From IMG/VR virus record IMGVR_UViG_3300031746_000007, positions 1-64,000 of that record: a stretch of DNA of 64,000 nucleotides. One strand, written 5' to 3'. The notes beneath the pieces were generated by a model, which was given only the letters and a program-made list of their open reading frames with translations, ran no database searches and was not told where the DNA came from. This document shows positions 46,973 through 55,837 of this stretch, in pieces. How positions within the stretch are numbered: the stretch's first letter is position 1; each line of letters starts with the position of its first letter. Source of the DNA: a virus. Position numbers and translations under genes: made by a program.

Positions 46973-47303
46973 AACGCCGCTCCGATTCGCACTCGGCGCG
47001 GTACTCGTCATCCTCGGCGCACTTGCCCTCCCAGGCTTCGCGCTCCTCATCGGTCAGAGCCTTCACGTCGACGACCTTGACCTTGCCGGTGCCGTTGCAC
47101 TCGTCGCAGGGTCGGTCGTAACCGCCGCGCATGTACTCGGCGAACTCGTCTTCGTCCCAGTCGCGTTCGCGGTCAGCCTCGGTGATTGCCCCGAGGTACG
47201 CACTGCTCTTGCCGTGACCGTCGCAGCTTCCGCAGATCTCCCAACGTGTCGGGAGCACCCGCTCGTTACCGTCCGCATCCTCGATCGTGTAGTCCCGCGG
47301 CAT
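46962..47303 (-). CDS. hypothetical with CxxCxGxG zinc fingers
   Basis: CGSCDGHG, CDECNGTG. Confidence 0.7.
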   Translation of the reverse strand: MPRDYTIEDADGNERVLPTRWEICGSCDGHGKSSAYLGAITEADRERDWDEDEFAEYMRGGYDRPCDECNGTGKVKVVDVKALTDEEREAWEGKCAEDDEYRAECESERRYGC

Positions 47304-47317
47304 CCTCGCCTCCTTCT

Positions 47318-47602
47318 CTAGTAGTCGCTTCCGAACCGCAACTCGCGCTCGATGTCGAGAGCGTCGGCGACCTCGTCGCCGAACATCGCGCGGTCTTCTT
47401 TCCAGCGGTTGTAGTCGGCGACGCCGGCGTTGTACTCGGCGTTGTCGCGAGCACGCTCGGGGTCACGCTCCACCGCTTCCGGCTCCGGGCAGCTCGTGTG
47501 CCGCGAACCCAGGCAGCGATCCCACATGATCTTCTCGCCAGCTTCGAAGCGCTCGTTGCACTTGCGACACTTGCCGGCGAACTTCGCAGTGATGATTCTC
47601 AT
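47318..47602 (-). CDS. hypothetical zinc-ribbon protein
   Basis: AKFAGKCRKC..GEKI; GGAGG RBS after promoter repeat. Confidence 0.65.
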   Translation of the reverse strand: MRIITAKFAGKCRKCNERFEAGEKIMWDRCLGSRHTSCPEPEAVERDPERARDNAEYNAGVADYNRWKEDRAMFGDEVADALDIERELRFGSDY

Positions 47603-47623
47603 CGCCTTGCCTCCTCGATTGTC

Positions 47624-47659
47624 AGCTTCTCATTCTCCCCGTCACTTGTCAAGAGAATT
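47624..47659 (-). promoter_or_regulatory. early promoter repeat 1
   Basis: TTGACA-N17-GAAGCT. Confidence 0.75.
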
Positions 47660-47677
47660 CGTACCCCCGTATCCTGG

Positions 47678-48142
47678 TCACCGACCGGAGCCGCGGAGCA
47701 TCGACTTCTCGGCGAAGCTCATCGTTCGCTCACCGGCGACGATCACGTGGTCGAGCACCGGGATCCCGAGAATCTTGCCGGCGTCGACCAGCCGACCGGT
47801 CAGCGCGACATCTTCGGCACTCGGTGTCGGGTCGCCTGAAGGATGGTTGTGCACGACGATCACGGCGGAGGCACCGAGCAGCACCGCGGTTCGAAACACC
47901 GTCCGCGGGTCGACCCCGACCCCGTCGATGCTGCCGCGAGCGACCTCGACGTAGCCGAGCACCCGGTTCTTGACGTCGAGCGGGAAGGCGAGAAACACCT
48001 CCTGCTCTTCACCCTCGAGCAGAGCCGCCGCGATGCTCGCCGCGTCCCGGGGCTCGCGTATCGGGGTCTCGTAGTCGACTTTGGAGTCAGCCGCCACCGG
48101 CACCCGGCGCGACCGCAGCTCGAGCTTCTTGACCGTCTTCAT
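47678..48142 (-). CDS. RadC-like JAB domain protein
   Basis: EQEVF, HNHPSGDPTPSAED, LDHVIV. Confidence 0.9.
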   Translation of the reverse strand: MKTVKKLELRSRRVPVAADSKVDYETPIREPRDAASIAAALLEGEEQEVFLAFPLDVKNRVLGYVEVARGSIDGVGVDPRTVFRTAVLLGASAVIVVHNHPSGDPTPSAEDVALTGRLVDAGKILGIPVLDHVIVAGERTMSFAEKSMLRGSGR

Positions 48143-48152
48143 GTCTCCTCCT

Positions 48153-48386
48153 TCAGCCACCGGCCCCGTAGGTCGTCTCGGCGAGAGCCGAGCCGGCGTC
48201 GATGGTCTCCTCGAAAGTCCGGGCTTCCTCGAGCCAGTCCCAGGTCTCGAGAGCCTTGGCGAAGGCGGCGCCGACCGGACACTCAGCCTTGTGGGGTTCG
48301 TGGGTGTCCCAGGAACCGCAGGAGCAGCGGCGACCGCGAAGCGTCGCTTTCATCAGCCGGCGAAGCACTGAAGCGCGAGTCATCAT
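48153..48386 (-). CDS. hypothetical protein
   Basis: GGAGG RBS after promoter repeat. Confidence 0.6.
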   Translation of the reverse strand: MMTRASVLRRLMKATLRGRRCSCGSWDTHEPHKAECPVGAAFAKALETWDWLEEARTFEETIDAGSALAETTYGAGG

Positions 48387-48405
48387 GGCGACCTCCTACG
48401 CTCAG

Positions 48406-48440
48406 AGTGTCTCATTATCCTGTACAGTTGTCAATAGAAT
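48406..48440 (-). promoter_or_regulatory. early promoter repeat 2
   Basis: TTGACA-N17-GACACT. Confidence 0.75.
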
Positions 48441-48494
48441 ATGGCACACCGCGCCCCCTGTTTTTTCTTAGTGTTTTCGTGCTAGATCTCACAC

Positions 48495-49631
48495 ATGGCC
48501 GACTTTCGCGAAGAGCTTCACCCGCGGGACCGTGGCAGATTCGCTGAAAAAGCGCGCGAAGCCGAAGCACTTGCCACCCTCGCCGACATCAAACACACCC
48601 GGGACGCTCGCGAGCGCTCCGCCTCCCACCCCATCATGCGCGAGCCGACGACCCCGCCCCCGGGCGAGCGAGCGGCCTACGCGCCCGACATCCGACGCGA
48701 CGACAACGATGACGGCATCGCCGACCGCTCTCGTGTCGGTCTCGGCGGGCGCGACACGTGCCCTCCCGGCGAGATCCCTCGCCTCCCGAACCTCACCGAG
48801 CGCGAGCGCGAGGTCGAGTCTCACTTCGCCGACGCATACGAGCGCGACCCACAGGCCAAGGTCGACGAGTACCGCGCCACCGTGAAGAACAACGTCTTCA
48901 ACACCGACGACGCGAAGATGCTTTCGCCCGACTACAACCCTCCGAAGGAACTGGGCTACTCACGCGACGCGATCAATGACATGCGCTCGCAGAACAACGT
49001 GCTCGTGCACCAGACCGCGAACGCGATCGCGAAGACCGCGTTCCTGCAACGTCTCGACGAGCTGCCCGCCGGCTCGAGCGTGCTCGTCACTGCCGGCGGC
49101 TGCGCGGCTGGCAAGGGCTACGCGATCGGACACGTCGAGCAGGCCAAAGCGCTCGAGAACATCGTGGGCGCAACCTGGGATGCGGCCGGCGAGCAGAACA
49201 GCACCGAGAACCCCTGGATCCTCGACGAGTGCCGAGCCCGTGGGCTCAAACCGATCTACACCTTCGTCGACGCCGACCCGCTCGCACGCTGGTCGAGCGA
49301 CCATCCGCACGGGGTCATCGAGCGCGCCGCCGGCAAAGGTCGCATGGTCGACGCCCGGCTCTTCGCTGACAGCTACGCCGAGGGGTCGAAGAACTTCGCC
49401 GCCTTTCACGCCGCCCACAAAGACGACGCCGACGTCGGCTTCATCCTGATCGACGCGCGCACCGACTCCGCTACCCCGCGCCTGCTCGAGAACTTCCCCG
49501 AGGTCGCGCTGCGCGCTGACTCCGACGAGATCTATGCGCAGGCGTCCCGCATCGTCGACGAGAAGCTCGACCTGAACCCGGCGATCCGCCGCGGCGCTAC
49601 GGTCGGACGCAGGATCTGGGGAGCCCCGTGA
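48495..49631 (+). CDS. zeta-toxin-like P-loop kinase with N-terminal HPRD-GRF motif
   Basis: VLVTAGGCAAGKG Walker A, NTDDAK, RAAGKGRMV. Confidence 0.65.
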   Translation: MADFREELHPRDRGRFAEKAREAEALATLADIKHTRDARERSASHPIMREPTTPPPGERAAYAPDIRRDDNDDGIADRSRVGLGGRDTCPPGEIPRLPNLTEREREVESHFADAYERDPQAKVDEYRATVKNNVFNTDDAKMLSPDYNPPKELGYSRDAINDMRSQNNVLVHQTANAIAKTAFLQRLDELPAGSSVLVTAGGCAAGKGYAIGHVEQAKALENIVGATWDAAGEQNSTENPWILDECRARGLKPIYTFVDADPLARWSSDHPHGVIERAAGKGRMVDARLFADSYAEGSKNFAAFHAAHKDDADVGFILIDARTDSATPRLLENFPEVALRADSDEIYAQASRIVDEKLDLNPAIRRGATVGRRIWGAP

Positions 49632-50935
49632 GCCCGGCCGCTCGCGAAGGTCTCGTCGCCGTCGAGCGGGAAGTGTCGCGCTCCACAGGCGAGACCCACA
49701 CGCAGCGCTTTTGGGTACGGCGCGAAGATCTGAAAGACACCGTGCGCGCCGACCCCCGCCTTCGTGTGGTCGCGAGCAGCAACGCTCCCAACCTCACAAA
49801 GCTCACCGCTAGCGAGCGCAAACGAACATCATGGGACCGGGCCCCACCCATCGTCAAATCGGCGGCCCGCTCTCTGCTTCAAGATGCCGGCGGTTTGTCG
49901 GCAGCGCTCGAGGCGATTCAGAACTCCAAAAAAGACGACCTGCTCATCGACCCGGTATCCAAACAACCGACGACAGCCCTTCGTGTTCGCAACGCGCTCG
50001 AGGCACTGCGCCCGCAACCCCTCCCCAAAAACGAGGAGTATGTCACCGTTCACCACGCCACGGACGCCGCGAGCGCGGCGACGATCTTGAAGGACGGGCT
50101 CATCCCCGAACTGAAGCCCCACACGCTCGCCTCCGAGCGCTACGAAAAAGGCGAGGCTGCCACCTTCTCCCCGGGCTCCGGGCTGTCCCGCGGCACCTAC
50201 GTCGCCGAGCCGGGCAAAGCCGAGAGCTACGGGCGGGTCGTGCTCGAGCTGAAGATCCCGAAGTCCTATCTCGAGGTCTCTCCCGAGCAGACCACCCTCG
50301 GTGTCACCGACGCCGGCGAGTCTCTGAAAACTCACGACGGTGCGGTCATCACCAAACCGATCCCGCCATCCGCCATCCGCGACGTGGCGGCGCCGCGATT
50401 CACCTTCGAAAAGCCGCTGCCGGCCGGGATACACGAGCCGGTTGCTGCCGCCCTGACCACCCTTCTCGACACCTACCCGGAGATCAGCGGTCTCAAGATC
50501 AACATGAGCGAGCTGTCCGGCACTGGCGTCATGGCGCTAGGCGGGAAGACCAGCATCACCCTCAATACCCAGATCTGGGATGACCCCGCCAAGCTCGCCG
50601 AGCATGAGAAAGCGTGGACCGGTCTAGTCATCGACGCCACCCCCGCCGGGACCGTGGTGCACGAGGTCGGTCACGTGATGTCGAAGTACGTTCACGATCA
50701 GCTCGGAGACGACGACTTCGATCGCATCATCACAAAGCACGCGCCAGACCACGGCTCTCTCTCCTCCCCCTCAGTGTATGGACAAGAGTCGCCCGGTGAA
50801 TTCTTGGCCGAATCGTTCTCTGCCCGGCACTTCGGTCACCACGCGAACAGAGACACTGAAGAAATGCAGCGCTACCTTGCGGCATCGGTCTCCTTGTGGG
50901 ACGAGCTGATCTCCGAAGCGAGGAAACCCCGATGA
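49628..50935 (+). CDS. polyvalent protein: N-terminal tag + H-Y-type ART-like domain + zincin metallopeptidase
   Basis: VHHATD..ILKDGL..GTYVA..AESYG..IPPSAI; VVHEVGH..EFLAESF. Confidence 0.65.
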   Translation: MSPAAREGLVAVEREVSRSTGETHTQRFWVRREDLKDTVRADPRLRVVASSNAPNLTKLTASERKRTSWDRAPPIVKSAARSLLQDAGGLSAALEAIQNSKKDDLLIDPVSKQPTTALRVRNALEALRPQPLPKNEEYVTVHHATDAASAATILKDGLIPELKPHTLASERYEKGEAATFSPGSGLSRGTYVAEPGKAESYGRVVLELKIPKSYLEVSPEQTTLGVTDAGESLKTHDGAVITKPIPPSAIRDVAAPRFTFEKPLPAGIHEPVAAALTTLLDTYPEISGLKINMSELSGTGVMALGGKTSITLNTQIWDDPAKLAEHEKAWTGLVIDATPAGTVVHEVGHVMSKYVHDQLGDDDFDRIITKHAPDHGSLSSPSVYGQESPGEFLAESFSARHFGHHANRDTEEMQRYLAASVSLWDELISEARKPR

Positions 50936-51189
50936 TCCCCGTCACCCCGCCCCCGCACCTCCGCATCACCGCCGACCCCGAGCCCGACGACACCGTCGTC
51001 AGCGACCCGAAGCAACCGCTCTACGACCTCGCCGAGATCCTCCGTTCGAACCTCGAGAAGAACCTCGCCGACCCCGAGACCTTCTCGATCGAGCGCGAGC
51101 TTCAAGAAGACGCGATCGAACCGAGCCCCGACCTCGGGTTCCCCGTCGAGCTACCCGACCTGAACCCGGACGGTTCGACGAAGCCCTAA
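50932..51189 (+). CDS. small acidic Pro-rich protein
   Basis: ATGA overlap with upstream gene. Confidence 0.6.
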   Translation: MIPVTPPPHLRITADPEPDDTVVSDPKQPLYDLAEILRSNLEKNLADPETFSIERELQEDAIEPSPDLGFPVELPDLNPDGSTKP

Positions 51190-51479
51190 CCGACGCAGAT
51201 CACCGTCGCGACTTGGTACCGCTCGCCGTCCGACGACAGCTTGATCGCGACGCCGGAGAAGAACGAGTCGCCGTGAAAACCGTCGTACCCGAGCAGCGAC
51301 AGGTCCCCCGTACGCATGAACTGGTCGAGGTGGTACCACGTCCCGCGGTAACACAAGAACCCGTCGACGACCTCCTCGGGATCCTGGTAGTCGAACTCCC
51401 GCTCGAGCACCGCCGCCGGCACCTCGGTCCTGTAGGCGAACGGCTTCCACTTGTGGTCAGTCTTGATCAACGTCTTCAC
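51186..51479 (-). CDS. conserved phage hypothetical protein
   Basis: FLCYRGTWYHLDQFMR..DSFFSGV; GTG start after GGAGG. Confidence 0.65.
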   Translation of the reverse strand: MKTLIKTDHKWKPFAYRTEVPAAVLEREFDYQDPEEVVDGFLCYRGTWYHLDQFMRTGDLSLLGYDGFHGDSFFSGVAIKLSSDGERYQVATVICVG

Positions 51480-51682
51480 GTCAGCACCTCCGCCACGGGC
51501 TCGACAGCCTTCCACACGTCGCGAGCCGTCTTGACCGTCTTGAACGCATCGATCGCGAGCGCACCCGCAGCCCCCGCCGGCGCACCGAACACCATCGCAC
51601 ACACGAACGCGAGCACTGCCGCAGCCGACATCACCTCCGCCGTCCGGAGCCCCTTCCCGCACGCACTCACCAGGCTTCCCAC
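51476..51682 (-). CDS. small membrane protein
   Basis: Hydrophobic core; GAGGAGG RBS. Confidence 0.5.
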   Translation of the reverse strand: MGSLVSACGKGLRTAEVMSAAAVLAFVCAMVFGAPAGAAGALAIDAFKTVKTARDVWKAVEPVAEVLT

Positions 51683-51708
51683 GACCGCACCTCCTCACCA
51701 CAATCACT

Positions 51709-51743
51709 ATCGTGACATTCTCGCCTTCGTTTGTCAAGAGAAA
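51709..51743 (-). promoter_or_regulatory. early promoter repeat 3
   Basis: TTGACA-N17-CACGAT. Confidence 0.7.
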
Positions 51744-51750
51744 AGAGACG

Positions 51751-52029
51751 TCAGGCCGACATCACCTTCGACCCGTTATCCTCCGCGCTACCGGTCTCGT
51801 CCCAGTTGACCAGATCGAGCGTCCCATCCTCCCGCACCGCCGGTACCCGGTCGTATGCCTCGCGCGCCGACGACTCGAATGCCCGAACCAGGAAGTCGAG
51901 CACCACCGTCTCGCTCTTGCCCGATTCCTTGACGAGCCAGTCGACCCAATCCTTTCGGATCCGCACCTCGACCCGCCGGGTCGTTCTCACGACCCCGTCC
52001 TTGCTCATCGTCCACTTCACTCGAGCCAT
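51751..52029 (-). CDS. hypothetical (possible RHH DNA-binding)
   Basis: RRVEVRIRKDWVDWL..SETVVLDFLV pattern. Confidence 0.5.
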   Translation of the reverse strand: MARVKWTMSKDGVVRTTRRVEVRIRKDWVDWLVKESGKSETVVLDFLVRAFESSAREAYDRVPAVREDGTLDLVNWDETGSAEDNGSKVMSA

Positions 52030-52032
52030 CGT

Positions 52033-52362
52033 TCAGCCCTCCTCCGCCATCCGCCGGCGAGCCGCGTGGAGCGCTCCCATCGGCGTCCCCTTCGTGGTGA
52101 GCAACCCGACCGACCGGCAGGCTTCGTGAGCCGCGGCGCCGCACGTCGTGCAGGGCTTCCGGCGCATCCACTCTTCCGGAGCGTACCGAAGAAAGGTCTC
52201 GGTGCCGTCCGACCCAACCCGGTACATCTCGAATCGAGTCGTTTTCTTCGACCCCTTGAACCCCTCGACCCGCTTCACTTTGAACGTCGCACCCTCGAGC
52301 GACGTGAACGTGAAGCACCCGGTCACCTCGAGCCACCCGTAACCCCTCGTTCGCATCGTCAT
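52033..52362 (-). CDS. hypothetical with C-terminal zinc finger
   Basis: CTTCGA..C..H. Confidence 0.55.
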   Translation of the reverse strand: MTMRTRGYGWLEVTGCFTFTSLEGATFKVKRVEGFKGSKKTTRFEMYRVGSDGTETFLRYAPEEWMRRKPCTTCGAAAHEACRSVGLLTTKGTPMGALHAARRRMAEEG

Positions 52363-52373
52363 CGCACCCTCCT

Positions 52374-52550
52374 TCAAGCGGCCTTCTTCACCGGCTCCGC
52401 GTCCCCGTAGCAGGGGAGGTCGCAGAGATCTTCCGCCGCGTGTTTCCAGCAGTACCAGCTGCCCTTCTCAGCCCGGCAATCGCAACCGGGGTGCCCGCAG
52501 CTCGGTGCCCCAACCATCCGGAGCCCGCTCTTCTTCGTTCCTTTCTTCAT
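52374..52550 (-). CDS. small Cys-rich protein
   Basis: CGHPGC..YCWKH. Confidence 0.5.
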   Translation of the reverse strand: MKKGTKKSGLRMVGAPSCGHPGCDCRAEKGSWYCWKHAAEDLCDLPCYGDAEPVKKAA

Positions 52551-52574
52551 CGCGAGCCTCCTTCCCACGATGCA

Positions 52575-52609
52575 AGTGTCTCATTATCCCGTACGAATGG
52601 CAATAGAAA
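52575..52609 (-). promoter_or_regulatory. early promoter repeat 4
   Basis: TTGCCA-N17-GACACT. Confidence 0.7.
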
Positions 52610-52644
52610 ACGACAAGCCGCGGTCGATTCTTTGACGCTGTGCG

Positions 52645-52944
52645 TCAGGCAGCCGCAGCGGTGAAGCCACACACCCCGGCAGTCGAATCACCCATCCCGA
52701 GCATCGCAGCCGCGGCAGTCTCGGCAGCCTCGGCGGCAGCCACCGCAGCCTCGGCCGCCTTCTTGGCGACGGCGAGCATGGCGGCGACCGCATACTTGGC
52801 TTTGTCCGAGCCGTCCGACTCCTCGGCAGCGGTGCCGGCGGCATCCGCGGCGAACGCCGAAGCCGACGACGACTCGCGAGCGATGTAGGCCAGGGCTTTC
52901 ATCGCCTCACCCATCGACGATCCGCTCTTCTTCTTGCCCGCCAT
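52645..52944 (-). CDS. Ala-rich hypothetical protein
   Basis: AAGGAGG RBS after promoter repeat. Confidence 0.55.
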   Translation of the reverse strand: MAGKKKSGSSMGEAMKALAYIARESSSASAFAADAAGTAAEESDGSDKAKYAVAAMLAVAKKAAEAAVAAAEAAETAAAAMLGMGDSTAGVCGFTAAAA

Positions 52945-52967
52945 GACACCCTCCTTCCTACAGGCAG

Positions 52968-53003
52968 AGTGTCTCATTCTCCCGTACGATTGTCAAGAGA
53001 ATT
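52968..53003 (-). promoter_or_regulatory. early promoter repeat 5
   Basis: TTGACA-N17-GACACT; overlaps TAA of upstream gene. Confidence 0.75.
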
Positions 53004-53277
53004 AGCGCTGTTGCTGGTATCCGATCGCCTCGAGCGCAGCGACCTCGAGCAGCGCCCACTCCTCCGGCGTCTCCGGTCCCTCCGGCTTGCGCAACGCCGC
53101 GAACCGGTCGTCGCCCATGAGCTTGCGCCGCATCGCGCCCGATCGGCGCGCGAGCCAGACCTCCTCGGCGTGATCGTGAATTCGCTGGAACCGAAAGTCG
53201 AGCTGGTCCCATACCGTCGTCATCCGCCCGATCGACGCCATGTTGTCGACGACCTTGTTGCCGCAGTCGCTTCCCAT
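53002..53277 (-). CDS. hypothetical protein
   Basis: GGAGG RBS. Confidence 0.55.
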   Translation of the reverse strand: MGSDCGNKVVDNMASIGRMTTVWDQLDFRFQRIHDHAEEVWLARRSGAMRRKLMGDDRFAALRKPEGPETPEEWALLEVAALEAIGYQQQR

Positions 53278-53287
53278 CGCACCCTCC

Positions 53288-53770
53288 TCATCCGCTCGAG
53301 TCGTAGCTCGAGATCTCGCCGCACTTCTTGCAGCGGGTCACGTGCCAACACATCCCGAAGTGTTGCACCCCGAGCTTCCGCGCCTCGTCCCCCGAGATCT
53401 CTTCGAAGTCGTGCTCGCATGCGAGCGTGTGCCAGCAACCCTGGCACCGCGCCGGGTCGGTCACGTTCTCGTGATCAGGCGACCCGTACTCGATCAGGTG
53501 CGCCCGGCAGCTCTTGTGCAGCCGGAGCTTCGCAGCCGCAGCCTCAAGCTCAGCCGTGACACCCTCGGGCGTCAGCGAGATCTTGCCGCTCTTCACGTCG
53601 TCGATGAACTTGCGCCACTCGTCATCCCAGCCCTCGATCCCGCGCACCCACTTGGCGCGACACGTGAGCTTGAAAAGCTCTTGCTCCTTCTGGTAGACGG
53701 CATACTCAGCCGCCCGCTTCGCCTCGAGCGCTCGTCGCTCCGCGGCTTTCATCCTCGGCTTTCGTGGCAT
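53288..53770 (-). CDS. hypothetical protein, Cys/His-rich C-terminus
   Basis: GGAGG RBS; CEHDF..CKKCG. Confidence 0.6.
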   Translation of the reverse strand: MPRKPRMKAAERRALEAKRAAEYAVYQKEQELFKLTCRAKWVRGIEGWDDEWRKFIDDVKSGKISLTPEGVTAELEAAAAKLRLHKSCRAHLIEYGSPDHENVTDPARCQGCWHTLACEHDFEEISGDEARKLGVQHFGMCWHVTRCKKCGEISSYDSSG

Positions 53771-53781
53771 CACACCCTCCT

Positions 53782-54171
53782 TTAGAAGCTGAAGTCGTGA
53801 TACTTGCCGCGGCGCCCGATGCTGAGCCCTTTGCCGCCGCCGCGGAGCTTATTCAGCCGGCCGGTCACCGGGTTCTCGACCATCTCCCCCCACTTCCCGC
53901 TCGGAGCCCGCTTGAAGTAGAAGACCCGTCCGTCCGGGTTCGGGGTGAAAACGTAGTCCTGACACTCGCTCATCCCGTTTTTGTCGACCCGCTTGGCGTC
54001 ATCTTCGACGACCTTGACGACCACCGAGCCCTTGTCGCGAAGGATGTCGACGATCGTCCCGGCGTCGCGGTCCGACCAGCCGCACATCGTGACCCCCATC
54101 CCGATCTCGGGCTCGGGCTGTCCGATGACGCTCCTTGAAATGATGTCGTTGGTGATGCTGCCGAAAGCCAT
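53782..54171 (-). CDS. conserved phage hypothetical protein
   Basis: PEIGMGVT..SDR; GGAGG RBS. Confidence 0.65.
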   Translation of the reverse strand: MAFGSITNDIISRSVIGQPEPEIGMGVTMCGWSDRDAGTIVDILRDKGSVVVKVVEDDAKRVDKNGMSECQDYVFTPNPDGRVFYFKRAPSGKWGEMVENPVTGRLNKLRGGGKGLSIGRRGKYHDFSF

Positions 54172-54180
54172 GATGCCCTC

Positions 54181-54378
54181 CTAGTTCTTGCGGATGGTAT
54201 CGACGAAAGCGCGAATCGTCTCACCGAGCACCGTGTCATCGACCCCGCCGGCGACTGCCGCCATGCCGACTTCGAAGACCGTGCAAATGTCCATCATGTC
54301 GATCTGAATCCCCGAGCACGTCGCGTAGTAGGCTTTACTGACGCGCGCCTCGGCTGCCCTGGTTTCCTTCTTTGTCAT
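54181..54378 (-). CDS. hypothetical protein
   Basis: AAGGAGG RBS after repeat. Confidence 0.6.
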   Translation of the reverse strand: MTKKETRAAEARVSKAYYATCSGIQIDMMDICTVFEVGMAAVAGGVDDTVLGETIRAFVDTIRKN

Positions 54379-54399
54379 CGCTGCCCTCCTTCGATTGTC

Positions 54400-54435
54400 A
54401 TCGTCTCATTCTCCGAGACGATTGTCAAGAGAATT
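54400..54435 (-). promoter_or_regulatory. early promoter repeat 6
   Basis: TTGACA-N17-GACGAT. Confidence 0.75.
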
Positions 54436-54734
54436 TAGCGGAGGTAGGTGCCCCCGTACTCGGTCACCCCGAGCGCCCCCGTGAAGATGTTGCCGCGAGC
54501 GTGCTTCGCCGGCTTCTTCCACCCATCGGCCTTGAGCACGTCGCCGTTCGTGGTGTCGATGAAGCAGTGCACCGACCGGCTGTCGTCCTCGCGAACGACC
54601 CGGATGTAGCGCCGACCGGGGTCGAGCTTCAGCACCGGGCGCGTCAGGTTCGGATAGCGTTCGTGACCTTTGTCGACGATCGCCTGTGCTTTCGCGAGCC
54701 AGGTCTCGAGCGCCGCTGTGAACTTGGGATCCAT
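54435..54734 (-). CDS. conserved phage hypothetical protein
   Basis: GRRYIRV..SVHCFID..GDVLKADGWKKPAKHARGN, a widespread phage family signature. Confidence 0.7.
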   Translation of the reverse strand: MDPKFTAALETWLAKAQAIVDKGHERYPNLTRPVLKLDPGRRYIRVVREDDSRSVHCFIDTTNGDVLKADGWKKPAKHARGNIFTGALGVTEYGGTYLR

Positions 54735-54756
54735 TGTTCTTTCCTCCTCGATTGTC

Positions 54757-54792
54757 ATCGTCTCATTCTCCGAGACGATTGTCAAGAAAATT
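54757..54792 (-). promoter_or_regulatory. early promoter repeat 7
   Basis: TTGACA-N17-GACGAT; 40 bp identical to repeat 6. Confidence 0.75.
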
Positions 54793-54804
54793 GTCAAAAA
54801 AAGG

Positions 54805-55029
54805 TCAGTCGGTCCTGACCTGCCAGGTGATGTTGAACCCATCCTCGCGCGCGACCTTGTCGGCGAGCCGCTCGCCCGCCGGCGTGAGCTTGCCCCACTC
54901 GTCGACGAGCCCGGCTCGAGCCCACTTGCCGGTGAAGTCGGCGATCGGCAGCGTCCCGCGAAAGGCTCGCATGACGACGATCATCGATCGTTGCGTGCCG
55001 GTCAGTTTGTCGGGGTCGATGAAATTCAT
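54805..55029 (-). CDS. hypothetical protein
   Basis: Coupled to upstream gene (ATGA). Confidence 0.55.
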   Translation of the reverse strand: MNFIDPDKLTGTQRSMIVVMRAFRGTLPIADFTGKWARAGLVDEWGKLTPAGERLADKVAREDGFNITWQVRTD

Positions 55030-55256
55030 GGTCTACTCCCCCGTGCTTTCCAGAACGGTTCGAACGCGAACGGAATGTCGGCCCAGAGCTTGCCGTCGAC
55101 CGCGCTCCTGAAATGGGTGGCGCCGTGAATCTCCCCGGAGCCGATATGCTCGGCGATGATCTTCTCGGCGATCGGCGTCGCTTCGACGTATAGGTCCGAC
55201 TCGTGCGAATCGATCTTGCACCCCGCGCTCACCAGAGCTTCATACACACTTGCCAT
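55026..55256 (-). CDS. conserved phage hypothetical protein
   Basis: IDSHESDLYV..WADIPFAF. Confidence 0.6.
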   Translation of the reverse strand: MASVYEALVSAGCKIDSHESDLYVEATPIAEKIIAEHIGSGEIHGATHFRSAVDGKLWADIPFAFEPFWKARGSRP

Positions 55257-55269
55257 GATCTCCCCCTTC

Positions 55270-55458
55270 TTATGTCGCCGAGAGCCAGCTCTCGGCTGCT
55301 TTCGGCGTCGTCGGAATCGGCCCGACGTCGAGGTCGATGTCGACCCCACCGCACTTCGGGCAGCCCTCGCTCGAGGCGCGCGTCGCGCCGGCGACAGTCT
55401 TGAAAACGTGCCCGCACTCGAGGCACTTGTAACCGCTGGTGTGCTTCGTGGTTTTCAT
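55270..55458 (-). CDS. small zinc-ribbon protein
   Basis: YKCLECGHVF..CPKCGG. Confidence 0.6.
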   Translation of the reverse strand: MKTTKHTSGYKCLECGHVFKTVAGATRASSEGCPKCGGVDIDLDVGPIPTTPKAAESWLSAT

Positions 55459-55482
55459 CGCTGGTCTCCTTCCCACGACGCT

Positions 55483-55518
55483 ATCGTCTCATTATCCCTT
55501 CCGTGTGTCAAGAGAATT
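55483..55518 (-). promoter_or_regulatory. early promoter repeat 8
   Basis: TTGACA-N17-GACGAT. Confidence 0.75.
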
Positions 55519-55521
55519 CGA

Positions 55522-55824
55522 CTAGACCCTCGGTGCCATCAGGTCGCGCGCGAGCATCATGCACCACTTCGACCGGTTCAACATTTGCCGCATCCGCTCC
55601 CGATCGGCCGGCGTCGAACCCGGGACCGCGACCAATTCCTGCACGTCGCTCGCGATGCTCATCGCGAGCATGACCACGTCGCGCGCGTCGGTGAAGTCGG
55701 TCATCGTGCAGCCGGTCTTGAAATCGGCGTTCGTCGCGCCGAACATCGTGCGCTCACGCGCCTGCCGGCGCTCCGCCTCGAGCGCGTCAAGCTCGTACGC
55801 CGCCACCTGTTTCTCCCGTGCCAT
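55522..55824 (-). CDS. hypothetical protein
   Basis: AAGGAGG RBS. Confidence 0.6.
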   Translation of the reverse strand: MAREKQVAAYELDALEAERRQARERTMFGATNADFKTGCTMTDFTDARDVVMLAMSIASDVQELVAVPGSTPADRERMRQMLNRSKWCMMLARDLMAPRV

Positions 55825-55837
55825 CGTCGCCTCCTTC

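Noticed and set aside
48495-51189. Invertible segment flipped by the recombinase
   Set aside because: No inverted repeats found at both ends; only the left side has a promoter repeat.
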